Notes: a model not told the origin generated them from the sequence alone. Numbered from the stretch's first letter, positions 17,513 to 26,872 are shown. The stretch: 64,000 bases of DNA from an uncultured Candidatus Saccharibacteria bacterium (GCA_964517275.1 CAZFBL010000001.1:14144-78143); one strand, 5' to 3'. Translations and numbers: made by a program.

Positions 17513-20500
17513 TTATCTCTTCCTAATCCCCAACCAGATTTTTTGGCCGTCTAATTTAACTTCCTTTTCAACTAAAAAAGTTTCTTTTCTTTTGGTCGTC
17601 GCCTCAATCCGGTTAGCTGAAACTTCTGCTCTGATAACTGATTCATTTTTCTGGACTAATTTCCTTAAAGAAGGACTGGTTGAGTAGCGCAGATAAATTT
17701 TATCTCCCGGTTTCAAGCCGCCGTCTTTGCGCATTCCTTGAACAAAGCGAATCAAATCACGGACAATCCCCTCGGCTCTTAGCTTCGGACTAATCTTAGT
17801 ATCTAATTTAATTTCCTTGCCAAAAACCACCTCTTTTACATTAACCTCTTCGGCCAATAAATTAGCCATTCCTTTATCAGTCGCTATCGGTTTGCTGCTA
17901 ATAGTCAATTTCTCAAGCGGTTGTCTGACTTTAAGACCGGCCTTGGCTCTTTGAGCTAAACCAACAGCCGCTATTTGACGCAGTTCCGACATTTTGGCCT
18001 CTAGTTTTTTGTCAATTAATTTCTTATCGGACTTGGGGTAATCAGCCAAATGGACTGAAGAGCCCTTTTCCAAATGCTGGTATATTTCTTCGGTCAGAAA
18101 AGGCAGAAAAGGAGCAGCTAATTTAACTAATTTCAAAAGAACAAAAGAATAAACTTTCTGGGCCTCTTTTTTCTCCGAAAGATTAATCGGCCTTTGAAAG
18201 AGACGGCGGGAACGCCGAACATACCAGTTGGAAAAATCTTCCAAAAAATCATCCAGCAAACGGGCTGCTTTGGTCAATTCATACTTATCCATCCATTTAA
18301 CCATTTCTTGATTAAGAGTGTTGAACAAAGAAATAATCCATCTGTCCAAAGCGTTTTTCGGTTTAACTGATTTGGGAGCCAAACATTCTCCGTCGGTATA
18401 GGTGTCTAAAAAAGTAAAGGAATTATAAAAAGTCATAATCGTCCGCCGAAAGGTCTCGGCAATCCTCTTTTCGGAGACGATATAATCCTCGCCCATCGGG
18501 GTGCCGGTCAATAGGTAATAGCGTATGGCATCAGCCCCGTATTTGTCAAAAATGGCCTCCGGGGCAGGATAATTTTTTAGACGCTTGGAAAGCTTTTTGC
18601 CGTCTTCGCCCAAAACCAAGCCGTTAACGATAACGTTCTTGAAGGCGGGCTGATTCTTGCCTAAGCCCAAATTCTTTAGAGTCAAGGCGCTGGCCAAAAC
18701 ATGCAAGGTATAGAACCAGCCGCGGGTCTGGTCAATCCCTTCGGCGATAAAGTCAGCCGGGAATGTTTTCTCAACCAGCTCTTTATTCTGAAAAGGATAA
18801 TGCCATTGACCGTAAGGCATTGAACCGCTTTCAAACCAACAGTCAAAAACCTCCGATGTCCTTTTCATCGTTCCGCCGCAGGAACAAGGAATCTCTATCT
18901 GGTCAACAAAAGGCCGATGTAAATTTAAATTACCCTGGTCATCAAAAGGCAATTTCTTGAACTTAAGAGACGATAATTGTCCAACTTGAACAAGTTCTTT
19001 TTCCCTATTGTTGGCTATCTCCTCGTTAGACAATCCCCGACTGGCCCCTTTGAGAATCCAAAGAGGACCGCCATGGCCGACAATTAAAATATTCTTATTC
19101 CGATATTTTTTATCCGTGGCCAGGAGAAAACTCATCATTCTTTTTTTAACCTGACTAAGATTTTCTCCGCCTGGCGGCGCTTGCTCAAACCTTTTTAGAT
19201 TATCGTTCTGGAAATAAGCAAAATATTCTTTAAGCGGCCTGCCCTTGAATTTACCCATCTCAATATCTCGTAAACGCCGGTCCTGAATAACTTTAATCCC
19301 CAGGGCTTGACCGATAATAGAAGCGGTCTGCCGGGTCCGGAAGAAATCGGAGCTGAAAATTAAATCTATCTTAGCTTTCTTTAATTCCGGCACCAAGCTC
19401 CTAATCTCATTTTCGCCTTTCCCTGTCAGAGGCATTTTTCGGTTTTCGGTATCGGTATAAATCTGATAATCTATGTTAAACTTGGTCTGGCCGTGACGAA
19501 GGATATAGTAATTATTTCTTTTCGCCTTTTGGGCCAGTTCATCAAGTCCGCCAATGACCTCGGTCCGGCCGCACTTTGAACATTGCCAAATAGGAATCGG
19601 GGTTCCCCAATAACGGTTGCGGGAGATAGACCAATCGCGTGCCCCTTCCAGCCATTTGCCAAAACGTCCCTTTTTCAAATGACCAGGCACCCATCTAATC
19701 TTTTGATTATTGGCGACCAGCTCTTTTTTAAACTTGGTTACCGCCACGTACCAACTGTTAATCGGGTAGTAAAGCAACGGACTTTCACAGCGCCAGCAAA
19801 AAGGATAAGCGTGTTTAATCTTTTCGGCTTTGAATAATAGGTCACGTTTCTTTAAATCAGCTTTGATATCCTGGTCGGCCTTCTTGACAAATTTGCCTTC
19901 GCCCGGAATCTTTAATCCTTTAATTACCTTGCCCTCTTCGTCAACGGTAATCAGACCGGGTAAATCTTCTTTCTGGCCTAATTCCATATCTTCCTCGCCA
20001 AAAGTCGGAGCAATATGAACTAAGCCGGTCCCGTCTTCCACCGAAACAAAATCAGCCGGGACAATCCGATAGCCTGGTTTATCCAATTTCATCGGATAAA
20101 GCGGTTGATATTCCAAACCAACCAAATCCCGGCCAAATAACTCTTCAACCACTTCGCACTTTCCGGCTTTAGTCAAAACATCCAGACGCTCTTTGGCTAA
20201 GATATAGTACTGGTTATTGAATTTAACTTTAAGGTATTTGAAATCCGGGCCGACAGCGACAGCTGTATTGGCGGCTAGAGTCCAAGGAGTGGTTGTCCAG
20301 ACAAATAAAAAAGTATCCGGCTGGCCCTTTAAAGGAAATTTAATATAGACCGATTCGTCTTCCACTTCCTGATAAGCACCGGGCTGATTCAATTCAAAAT
20401 TAGACAGAGGCGTGCCGCAGCGCGGGCAATAAGGAGTCACCCGAAAATCCTGATAAACTAAGCCCTGCTCCCACAATTGTTTCAATACCCACCAAACTGA

Positions 20501-20950
20501 TTCAATGTATTCATTATCCAGAGTGGCGTAAGATTGAGAAAAATCCGCCCAACGAGCAACTCGGTTAAAGGTTTTGTACCAATCGTTAATACATTGAAAA
20601 ACCGACTGACGACAGGCCTGATTAAATTTCTTAATCCCAAATTTCTCAATCTCTTTTTTGCTTTTCAAGCCCAATTTCTGTTCAATCATATTTTCAACCG
20701 GCAAACCATGGCAATCCCAGCCAACCCGCCAGCCAATACGATGGCCTTTCATCGCCCAATAACGCAAGACCGTATCTTTAATCGTCCCGGCTAGAATATT
20801 GCCGTAATGAGGCAAACCGGAGGCAAAAGGCGGTCCATCATAAAAACTAAAAAAGGGCTTCTTCTGGCGAAGCTTAATCGATTTGGCAAAAATGTCCTCT
20901 TTTTGCCAAAACTTCAATATTTTCTTCTCTATTTTAGGAATCGGATTCAT
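17513..20950 (-). CDS. ileS: Isoleucine--tRNA ligase (type 2) with an inserted histidine-phosphatase domain
   Basis: DGPPFASGLPHYGN, GWDCHGLP, WTTTPWT, SRNRYWGTP, EGIDQTRGWF, KLSKR. Insert carries LRHG...SSDFFRTRQTA...GHGG. Confidence 0.96.
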   Translation of the reverse strand: MNPIPKIEKKILKFWQKEDIFAKSIKLRQKKPFFSFYDGPPFASGLPHYGNILAGTIKDTVLRYWAMKGHRIGWRVGWDCHGLPVENMIEQKLGLKSKKEIEKFGIKKFNQACRQSVFQCINDWYKTFNRVARWADFSQSYATLDNEYIESVWWVLKQLWEQGLVYQDFRVTPYCPRCGTPLSNFELNQPGAYQEVEDESVYIKFPLKGQPDTFLFVWTTTPWTLAANTAVAVGPDFKYLKVKFNNQYYILAKERLDVLTKAGKCEVVEELFGRDLVGLEYQPLYPMKLDKPGYRIVPADFVSVEDGTGLVHIAPTFGEEDMELGQKEDLPGLITVDEEGKVIKGLKIPGEGKFVKKADQDIKADLKKRDLLFKAEKIKHAYPFCWRCESPLLYYPINSWYVAVTKFKKELVANNQKIRWVPGHLKKGRFGKWLEGARDWSISRNRYWGTPIPIWQCSKCGRTEVIGGLDELAQKAKRNNYYILRHGQTKFNIDYQIYTDTENRKMPLTGKGENEIRSLVPELKKAKIDLIFSSDFFRTRQTASIIGQALGIKVIQDRRLRDIEMGKFKGRPLKEYFAYFQNDNLKRFEQAPPGGENLSQVKKRMMSFLLATDKKYRNKNILIVGHGGPLWILKGASRGLSNEEIANNREKELVQVGQLSSLKFKKLPFDDQGNLNLHRPFVDQIEIPCSCGGTMKRTSEVFDCWFESGSMPYGQWHYPFQNKELVEKTFPADFIAEGIDQTRGWFYTLHVLASALTLKNLGLGKNQPAFKNVIVNGLVLGEDGKKLSKRLKNYPAPEAIFDKYGADAIRYYLLTGTPMGEDYIVSEKRIAETFRRTIMTFYNSFTFLDTYTDGECLAPKSVKPKNALDRWIISLFNTLNQEMVKWMDKYELTKAARLLDDFLEDFSNWYVRRSRRLFQRPINLSEKKEAQKVYSFVLLKLVKLAAPFLPFLTEEIYQHLEKGSSVHLADYPKSDKKLIDKKLEAKMSELRQIAAVGLAQRAKAGLKVRQPLEKLTISSKPIATDKGMANLLAEEVNVKEVVFGKEIKLDTKISPKLRAEGIVRDLIRFVQGMRKDGGLKPGDKIYLRYSTSPSLRKLVQKNESVIRAEVSANRIEATTKRKETFLVEKEVKLDGQKIWLGIRKR

Positions 20951-20951
20951 C

Positions 20952-22502
20952 CTACATTTTCTCCGGCGCTTGAATGCCCATTAACTTTAAAACGTTTCTT
21001 AAAACAATCTGTGTTGCTTTGATTAAACCAAGTCGGGCTCGGCTTAATTCTTTATTCTGTTCATCTAAAACCCGGCACTGTTCATAAAATTTATGAAAGG
21101 AATTAGCTAACTCCAAAGAATAGTAGGGCAGTCGCTGGACTTGGTAATCTCGGCTGGTTTCTTCAATAATTTCCGGGAACTTGATTAACTGGCGAATAAG
21201 GCTTAATTCGCTCAAGCCAAGGTTCGACCTTTCGAGCGCGACCTTGCCTTTGGCAATGTCGCTACTCTCAATGTCAAACCTTGCTTTCGCTTTTGCCAGA
21301 ATACTGTGTATTCTGGCGTGGGCGTACTGGACATAATAGACCGGATTCTTGGCTGATTGTTCCTGGGCCAAGGCCAAATCAAAATTCAAATGAGTATCCG
21401 GGGATTTTTGTAAAAAGAAAAATCTAACTGCGTCAGAGCCAACTTTATCCAACAACTCATCCATGCCTACATAAAAGCCGGCCCGCTTAGACATTTTTTT
21501 CTGAGCACCTTTTTCTAAAATAGTCACAAATTGCAAAAGAATAATCTCTAACTTGTCTTTATGGCCAATCGCCTCTACCGCGGCTATTAATCCGGGGATA
21601 TCGCCATGATGGTCAGCTCCCCAAATATTAATCACTCTATCAAAACCCTTGTCCTCAAACTTATACTGATGCAAAGCAATATCACCAGCTAAATAGGTTT
21701 TACCACCATCTTTTTTGACTACCACCCGGTCCCGTTGATCGCCGAACTTGGATGACTTAAACCATTGGGCATCTTCTTTCTGCTCAATTAAACCCTTTTC
21801 GGTTAAATATTTCAAGACCTTGTCTACCCGACCGGACTGATGTAAGTCAGATTCAAAAATCCATTCATCATATTTAATCCCTAATTTATCAGTCGTCTTT
21901 TGAATTGAATCTTTAACAATATGCTTAGCCGCTAGTTGACCGACCTTAAAAGGGTCTTTTTCTTTGACTTTTTTAGCTAATTCATCAATATATTCGCCTT
22001 TGTACTTGGCCTGTTCGTCTTTCAGAACGGAATGACCTAAACTCGAAATCTGCTGACCGTAATCATTAACATAATAGGCTTTTTCTGTCTGGAAACCGGC
22101 TTTTTTTAAAATATTAGCTAAAACATCGCCATAAGGACCGCCCCGGGCATTAGCTACGGTTAAAGGTCCGGTCGGGTTGGCTGAAATAAACTCTACCTGG
22201 ACCTTTTTATTCTGACCAATATCCAATTGGCCATAACTATCTCCTTGCTTAATAATTTCAGCCAATTCTTCCTGAAGCGCTTTTTCAGATAAAAAAAAGT
22301 TAATAAAACCCGGCCCAGCTTTTTCCACTTTATCGAATAAAGGATTATTCTTTAACGATCCTATAATTTTAGCAGGGTCGGTTTTAGTTTGCAGTGCAAT
22401 GTTGGTTGAATAATCGCCAAATTCCGAATTAGTCGGATGCTCTAAATGAACCTCTTTTTTGACAATTTCTTTAATTAATTTCTCAATTTTTTTTCTGAGC
22501 AT
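20952..22502 (-). CDS. argS: Arginine--tRNA ligase
   Basis: FGDYSTN, GPGFINF, EFISANPTGP, WGADHHG, KMSKR, YVQYAHAR, APEKM C-terminus. Confidence 0.96.
   Translation of the reverse strand: MLRKKIEKLIKEIVKKEVHLEHPTNSEFGDYSTNIALQTKTDPAKIIGSLKNNPLFDKVEKAGPGFINFFLSEKALQEELAEIIKQGDSYGQLDIGQNKKVQVEFISANPTGPLTVANARGGPYGDVLANILKKAGFQTEKAYYVNDYGQQISSLGHSVLKDEQAKYKGEYIDELAKKVKEKDPFKVGQLAAKHIVKDSIQKTTDKLGIKYDEWIFESDLHQSGRVDKVLKYLTEKGLIEQKEDAQWFKSSKFGDQRDRVVVKKDGGKTYLAGDIALHQYKFEDKGFDRVINIWGADHHGDIPGLIAAVEAIGHKDKLEIILLQFVTILEKGAQKKMSKRAGFYVGMDELLDKVGSDAVRFFFLQKSPDTHLNFDLALAQEQSAKNPVYYVQYAHARIHSILAKAKARFDIESSDIAKGKVALERSNLGLSELSLIRQLIKFPEIIEETSRDYQVQRLPYYSLELANSFHKFYEQCRVLDEQNKELSRARLGLIKATQIVLRNVLKLMGIQAPEKM
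21218..21284 (-). repeat. REP-like repeats in frame within the argS linker
   Basis: AAGGTTTGACATT, AAGGTCGCGCTC and AAGGTCGAACCTT units encode RFDIESSDIAKGKVALERSNLG; they resemble the arms at 11017-11108. Confidence 0.45.
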
Positions 22503-22543
22503 AATTCCATCATAGCTTATTATTGCGATTTACTCAAGTATCA

Positions 22544-22571
22544 TTGACAAATATAATAGGTATAGTATAAT
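22544..22571 (+). promoter_or_regulatory. sigma70 promoter
   Basis: TTGACA-16 nt-TATAAT followed by two short 5'-UTR hairpins. Confidence 0.7.
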
Positions 22572-22634
22572 TTAATACCGTGGATGCGCCACGGTCCGCT
22601 AGCCATCTAGCAGAAAAAAATTAAAAATCTAAAA

Positions 22635-22973
22635 ATGGAGAATACTATGTTAGAAGGGGTAGCCAGAATATACGGTTTTGTGTTAGAAGCGCCAGAAGAA
22701 ATTAAAAAAGCAGCTGGCGGAAAAGTGTATCTCGAATTCGAATGGTCTGTTGAAAGCGGCGAATTATGTGTGGCTGAACAAATCACGACCTCGGCAACCA
22801 TAGGTTTTTGTTCCAATAATGGAATAAAGCTCTTCAACTTCACAGATTTTAACGATCCTCTTCACGAAAAACCGAAAAAATGGGTGGTTTTCGGTTCTGC
22901 TAAAAACTTTGACGAGGCCCGTCTACGGGCACAAGAAGCCATTGACGAAAAAATAATAGGAAGGATTAACTGA
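22635..22973 (+). CDS. Hypothetical protein
   Basis: 112-aa ORF with its own consensus promoter and a downstream hairpin (GGGTCGGTA...TACTGGCCCTTTTT). No family recognised. Confidence 0.7.
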   Translation: MENTMLEGVARIYGFVLEAPEEIKKAAGGKVYLEFEWSVESGELCVAEQITTSATIGFCSNNGIKLFNFTDFNDPLHEKPKKWVVFGSAKNFDEARLRAQEAIDEKIIGRIN

Positions 22974-23068
22974 CGTTACCATTTATAATGTCCTTCTTAG
23001 AAAAATTTATCCTGGGTCGGTATCTAATACGTATTACTGGCCCTTTTTCTATATGATATAATATATTC

Positions 23069-23518
23069 ATGCCCACCTTAGCCAAAAATCCGCGAGCTAA
23101 ATACGATTACCATATTTTAGCCACCTTTGAGGCCGGTTTGGTTTTAGCCGGCCACGAAGTTAAGGCCATCAAAACCGGACACATGAGTTTAAAAGGGGCT
23201 TATGTGACCATCAAAAATGAAGAGGTCTGGTTGATTAATGCCTTTATTCCGCCCTACCAACCGAAGAATACGCCGGCCGACTATCAGCCGGACCGAACCA
23301 GAAAATTGCTTTTGAATAAAAAAGAGATAAGAAGTTTAATCGGCCAGTCAAAACAGAAAGGCTTGACTTTAGTCCCCTTGCGGGTTTATACTAAAAAAGG
23401 AAAAATAAAGCTGGAATTTGCTTTAGGCCGCGGTAAACGACAATTTGACAAACGTCAAAAAATTAAAGAAAGAGAAAGCAAAAGGAAAATTGACCGGGCC
23501 TTGAAAAATCGCTCTTAA
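23069..23518 (+). CDS. smpB: SsrA-binding protein
   Basis: N.RAKYDY, EAGLVL.GHEVKAIK, RTRKLLL, GKRQFDKR. Confidence 0.96.
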   Translation: MPTLAKNPRAKYDYHILATFEAGLVLAGHEVKAIKTGHMSLKGAYVTIKNEEVWLINAFIPPYQPKNTPADYQPDRTRKLLLNKKEIRSLIGQSKQKGLTLVPLRVYTKKGKIKLEFALGRGKRQFDKRQKIKERESKRKIDRALKNRS

Positions 23519-23521
23519 AAA

Positions 23522-23593
23522 TTATTCTCTGAGCGAGCCGAAGGGCTCTTCGATAAACATGGATCAAATGCCTTCGACAAACTCAGACAATAA
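23522..23593. repeat. CTGAGC/CTTCGAC-type palindromic element between smpB and tmRNA
   Basis: TTATTCTCTGAGCGAGCCGAAGG ... CCTTCGACAAACTCAGACAATAA imperfect inverted repeat. Confidence 0.65.
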
Positions 23594-23600
23594 CCCGAAT

Positions 23601-23936
23601 GGGGGCGCTAGGCCTCGATGGGAAGTAATTTCAAAATAGGCAAGCCAAGCGGAATCTTGTTAACTTTCATAAAACAATTGCCAACTTAAAAGTTGCTCCT
23701 GCTTACGCTTAAGTAAGCAGCATCTGCTTGATTGACTCTCGATAGATAAAGCAGGTGTCATTGATCGAGATAGACAGAGCTTGAGTTAGGCAGCTCTGTT
23801 CGAAGATTACTAACTAGAGATAAGAGGATTTTGTCTTTTTTAGACCGATTATCTCAAATCTTCCAAAAAAGACTAAACTTGTAGAATATTTTGAGAGAAC
23901 TTTCTAGACGGGAGTTCGACTCTCCCCGCCTCCACC
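23601..23936 (+). ncRNA. ssrA: tmRNA; tag reading frame ANLKVAPAYA* (23680-23712)
   Basis: 5' GGGGGCG pairs with 3' CGCCTCC-A with a G3-U pair; GGGAGTTCGACTCTCCC T-arm; tag ORF ends in AYA; adjacent to smpB. The 3' end reads CCT, so CCA is not fully encoded. Confidence 0.93.
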
Positions 23937-23957
23937 TCGATTATTAAAGTAAAAGCT

Positions 23958-24461
23958 ATTCAAATAAAACCACGCCTCAACAATCAAATAAGGATTAGTC
24001 CAATTCGGCTGATTGATGAAAATGGTCAGAACCTGGGTATTGTCGAGACTGGCCAAGCTTTAAGGATAGCCCGAGAGAAAGGTCTTGATTTAATTGAGAT
24101 AGCCCCGACCGTCCGACCGCCAGTCTGCCGGATAATGGATTACGGCAAATATCAATACCAGAAATCGAGAGAAGAAAGACAGCAAAAATCCAAACAGAAA
24201 AAAATAGAAGTAAAGGGAGTCCGAATTGGTTTAAAAACAGGTCAACATGACCTGGAGATTAAAGCTAAACAGGCTAACAAATTTCTTGACCAAGGGGATA
24301 AGGTTAAAATAGAAATTATCCTGCGCGGTCGGGAAAAAGCTCTTCTGGATATCGCTAAGGAAAGATTAAACAATTTTATTGAATTAATTTCGCCGGAAGC
24401 TAAGATTGAAAAACAAGCCGAAAGACAACCTCGGGGATTGAGTATGCTGGTCACCAAATAA
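23958..24461 (+). CDS. infC: Translation initiation factor IF-3 (ATT start)
   Basis: Frame is open upstream of the track ATG: ATT-QIKPRLNNQIRISPIRLIDENGQNLG...LDLIEIAP...PPVCRIMDYGK. A non-AUG start is typical of infC. Confidence 0.93.
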   Translation: MQIKPRLNNQIRISPIRLIDENGQNLGIVETGQALRIAREKGLDLIEIAPTVRPPVCRIMDYGKYQYQKSREERQQKSKQKKIEVKGVRIGLKTGQHDLEIKAKQANKFLDQGDKVKIEIILRGREKALLDIAKERLNNFIELISPEAKIEKQAERQPRGLSMLVTK

Positions 24462-24462
24462 A

Positions 24463-24654
24463 ATGCCTAAACTGAAAACGAATAAACTTTTATCAAAAAG
24501 AATTAAAATTACCGGTCGGGGCAAACTGCTTCACCGCCCGGGTCATCAAGACCACTTTAACGCCAAGGATTCTGGACAGAAAACTCGGGCTAAGCGGAAA
24601 AAACAGAAATTATCCTCGGCCGGCCAAAGGATATTCAAAAATATCCCTTTTTAA
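24463..24654 (+). CDS. rpmI: 50S ribosomal protein L35
   Basis: MPKLKTNK...KRIKITGRGK; lies in the infC-rpmI-rplT operon. Confidence 0.93.
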   Translation: MPKLKTNKLLSKRIKITGRGKLLHRPGHQDHFNAKDSGQKTRAKRKKQKLSSAGQRIFKNIPF

Positions 24655-24666
24655 TTTTGACAATCT

Positions 24667-25011
24667 ATGCCTAGAGTTAAACGAGGAACAATGGCCCATA
24701 AGCGACGCAAAAAGGTTATTAAACAGGCTAAGGGCTTTAAATGGGGCCGTAAATCTAAATACAAATTAGCTAAGGATGCTTTAAGGCATGCCTGGCTTCA
24801 TGCTTACCGCGACCGCAAAAGAAAAAAGCGGGATTTTCGCCGACTCTGGCAGATTAAAATAAACGCCGCTTGCCGAGAAAATGGTTTGACTTACAGCAAA
24901 TTCATTAACAAACTAAAAAAAGCCAAGATTGAAATAGACCGCAAAATCCTGGCCCAGTTGGCTGAAAAAGAGCCAACCATCTTTAAAAAAATAATTGAGA
25001 AAGTTAAATAA
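24667..25011 (+). CDS. rplT: 50S ribosomal protein L20
   Basis: MPRVKRG, AYRDRKRKKRDFRRLW, IDRKILA. Confidence 0.97.
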   Translation: MPRVKRGTMAHKRRKKVIKQAKGFKWGRKSKYKLAKDALRHAWLHAYRDRKRKKRDFRRLWQIKINAACRENGLTYSKFINKLKKAKIEIDRKILAQLAEKEPTIFKKIIEKVK

Positions 25012-25073
25012 TTTATCAAAGCCGGATGGTGCAATTCAGGAGGCATAATTATGATATTAACTTTATCAAATGG

Positions 25074-25111
25074 AAAAGCCGTTTGGAATTTAAATCCCAA
25101 ACGGCTTTTTT
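25074..25111. terminator. Bidirectional terminator
   Basis: AAAAGCCGTTTGG-loop-CCAAACGGCTTTTTT between convergent genes. Confidence 0.8.
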
Positions 25112-25127
25112 GTATTCGGTCTTTCTG

Positions 25128-25661
25128 CTAATGCCAAAAAGCGGACCAGAGTTCATCAAGAATACTATTCTGACTAATCCGGGCGATTGATTCCATTTCC
25201 TCTTTTTCGGCCAAGGCCAGTCCTCGAGCTGCGCAGAGAACCACCGCTTCGTCAACCAATTCTCCCTGTGTAGAATCTTCAAGAAAAATACTGCTTTTAA
25301 AAGAAAAAATCAGCCCCTTGCGCAGCTTAACAGCTCCACCAGCCCAAACAACATATTTTCGCTTTTGCCAGCTGCTAACCAAATTCCGATGATAAGCAAG
25401 AATCCAACCATTACGTTTCGCTAAAGTACGTAGGAATTCAACATCGCCCCCTCCCGAAATAAAATTAGCTAGCTGACCGAAGACAGCCGATAGAGTTTTG
25501 ACATATAGCCCGGGTTGATCGCCTACCATTTCCCAAAGAACAAAACAACCAACTTGTGGTCTGGAAATTGCTTTAATCTTTTCCAAACTAAACAGAGCTT
25601 CAAAAACCTCCCAAGTCCTAGACAAAATTTCAATCCTAAAATCGTCGTTTATCGGCTCCAT
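25128..25661 (-). CDS. Hypothetical protein (possibly GlcG/HbpS-like fold)
   Basis: Strong SD GGAGGAGGT. C-terminal WAGGAV...IFSF...DEAVVLCAA loosely recalls the GlcG-type pattern; the function call is weak. Confidence 0.65.
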   Translation of the reverse strand: MEPINDDFRIEILSRTWEVFEALFSLEKIKAISRPQVGCFVLWEMVGDQPGLYVKTLSAVFGQLANFISGGGDVEFLRTLAKRNGWILAYHRNLVSSWQKRKYVVWAGGAVKLRKGLIFSFKSSIFLEDSTQGELVDEAVVLCAARGLALAEKEEMESIARISQNSILDELWSAFWH

Positions 25662-25758
25662 AACTACCTCCTCCCATTGAATTGACGATGACTACCTATT
25701 AATATAAAAGAGCTACAAGCTATAAATATACTATAGCAAAAATCGGTCAAGTCAATAT

Positions 25759-26691
25759 TTAAATCTCGGCCACCAATAAATCCAAGGCTGTTGGACCATC
25801 CAAGCGGCCTTTTTTTATAGCCAAATCAATTTCCAGCAAGCGTTGGTAGATTCTCTTCAGCTGGTCCAAGCTGAAATTTTGAAGGACTGACCAGTTTTTT
25901 TTAACTGCATAGGGATGAAGACCGCTTTTTTTAGCCAAAGTATGGTAGGGCGTTCCCCGGCTGATTAAATCCTTAAGTTTAAGCAAACCGCGCAGTTGAT
26001 AAATAAACATGGTTAGTAAATAGATTTCGTTTTCACCTTGATTTAAATGTTCGTGCAAAAGCTTCAAGGCCGTTTTTTTATCTCGTTGAGCCAGAGCATC
26101 CAAGGTTTTGAAAATATTAACCTCTATCTTGGGTCCAACCAACAAATCGATATCTTCTTCATTAATCGGCTGGCCGGCTCTATAGCTAGCCAGTTTGTTA
26201 AGCTGGTTATTAATCTGCCAAAGGTCGTTGTCCGAATAAGAAACTAGTTTTTTAAGAGCGTCTAGACTAATAGCTATCTTCTGTCTAGCTGCTTCTTTTT
26301 TCAGCCAATTAACCAAATATGCTCCGCTTAATGGTTTAAACTCTTCAAACATAGTCAGCCAGGATTTAAAAGGAGTGATGGCTAACTTGCCTTCTTGATG
26401 AATAACTAAAATGATATCCTGATTTTGTTTTAGTTTATTCTTCTTAACGTATTCAGAAAATTCCCCTAAGAAACTTTTGTTCTCAAAAATGTTTTCCAAA
26501 ATAATTAATTTCTTCTCATCGAACATAGAAACCGACTCCACTTTTTCTTTGACTTGAGAAAAATCCAAATCTTCTTCGCGGAAGCGAACCAAATTTAGGC
26601 CAGTTCTGTGCTTAGTCTGGTATTGTCCGATAATTTCTTTTAATTTTTGCCGCGAGCGATAACTATCCTCGCCGTAGAGAAGAATGAGCAT
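25759..26691 (-). CDS. holA: DNA polymerase III delta subunit (start moved to MLILLYGED)
   Basis: LLYGEDSY, SMFDEKKLIIL, NQLNKL, NIFKTLDA, HPY, DLAIKKG. Confidence 0.92.
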   Translation of the reverse strand: MLILLYGEDSYRSRQKLKEIIGQYQTKHRTGLNLVRFREEDLDFSQVKEKVESVSMFDEKKLIILENIFENKSFLGEFSEYVKKNKLKQNQDIILVIHQEGKLAITPFKSWLTMFEEFKPLSGAYLVNWLKKEAARQKIAISLDALKKLVSYSDNDLWQINNQLNKLASYRAGQPINEEDIDLLVGPKIEVNIFKTLDALAQRDKKTALKLLHEHLNQGENEIYLLTMFIYQLRGLLKLKDLISRGTPYHTLAKKSGLHPYAVKKNWSVLQNFSLDQLKRIYQRLLEIDLAIKKGRLDGPTALDLLVAEI

Positions 26692-26708
26692 AAAAAAGTT
26701 AGTGAAGA

Positions 26709-26872
26709 GGATTGTCCTAACCATTTCGAGAAACCTAGATGACAAAAGCGGCAGCCATTTGTGGCTAAGAAATGGGGCGAGCTTTTGGCATCTCGGAGCC
26801 GCCACAACAATATAGATAGAAAACAAATTAATTAACGGTGGCGGCGTTTTCGAAAAATGGTTAGGACAATCC
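26709..26872. other. 164-bp multi-stem element (MITE or structured RNA)
   Basis: Perfect 18-bp terminal inverted repeat GGATTGTCCTAACCATTT enclosing two further stems. Confidence 0.65.

Noticed and set aside
25051-25131. 26-codon ORF with an AGGAGG SD after rplT (MILTLSNGKAVWNLNPKRLFCIRSFC)
   Set aside because: It runs through the terminator hairpin; probably a remnant or chance, with no other support.
26709-26872. Retron msr-msd interpretation of the inverted-repeat element
   Set aside because: No reverse transcriptase gene is present in the window.
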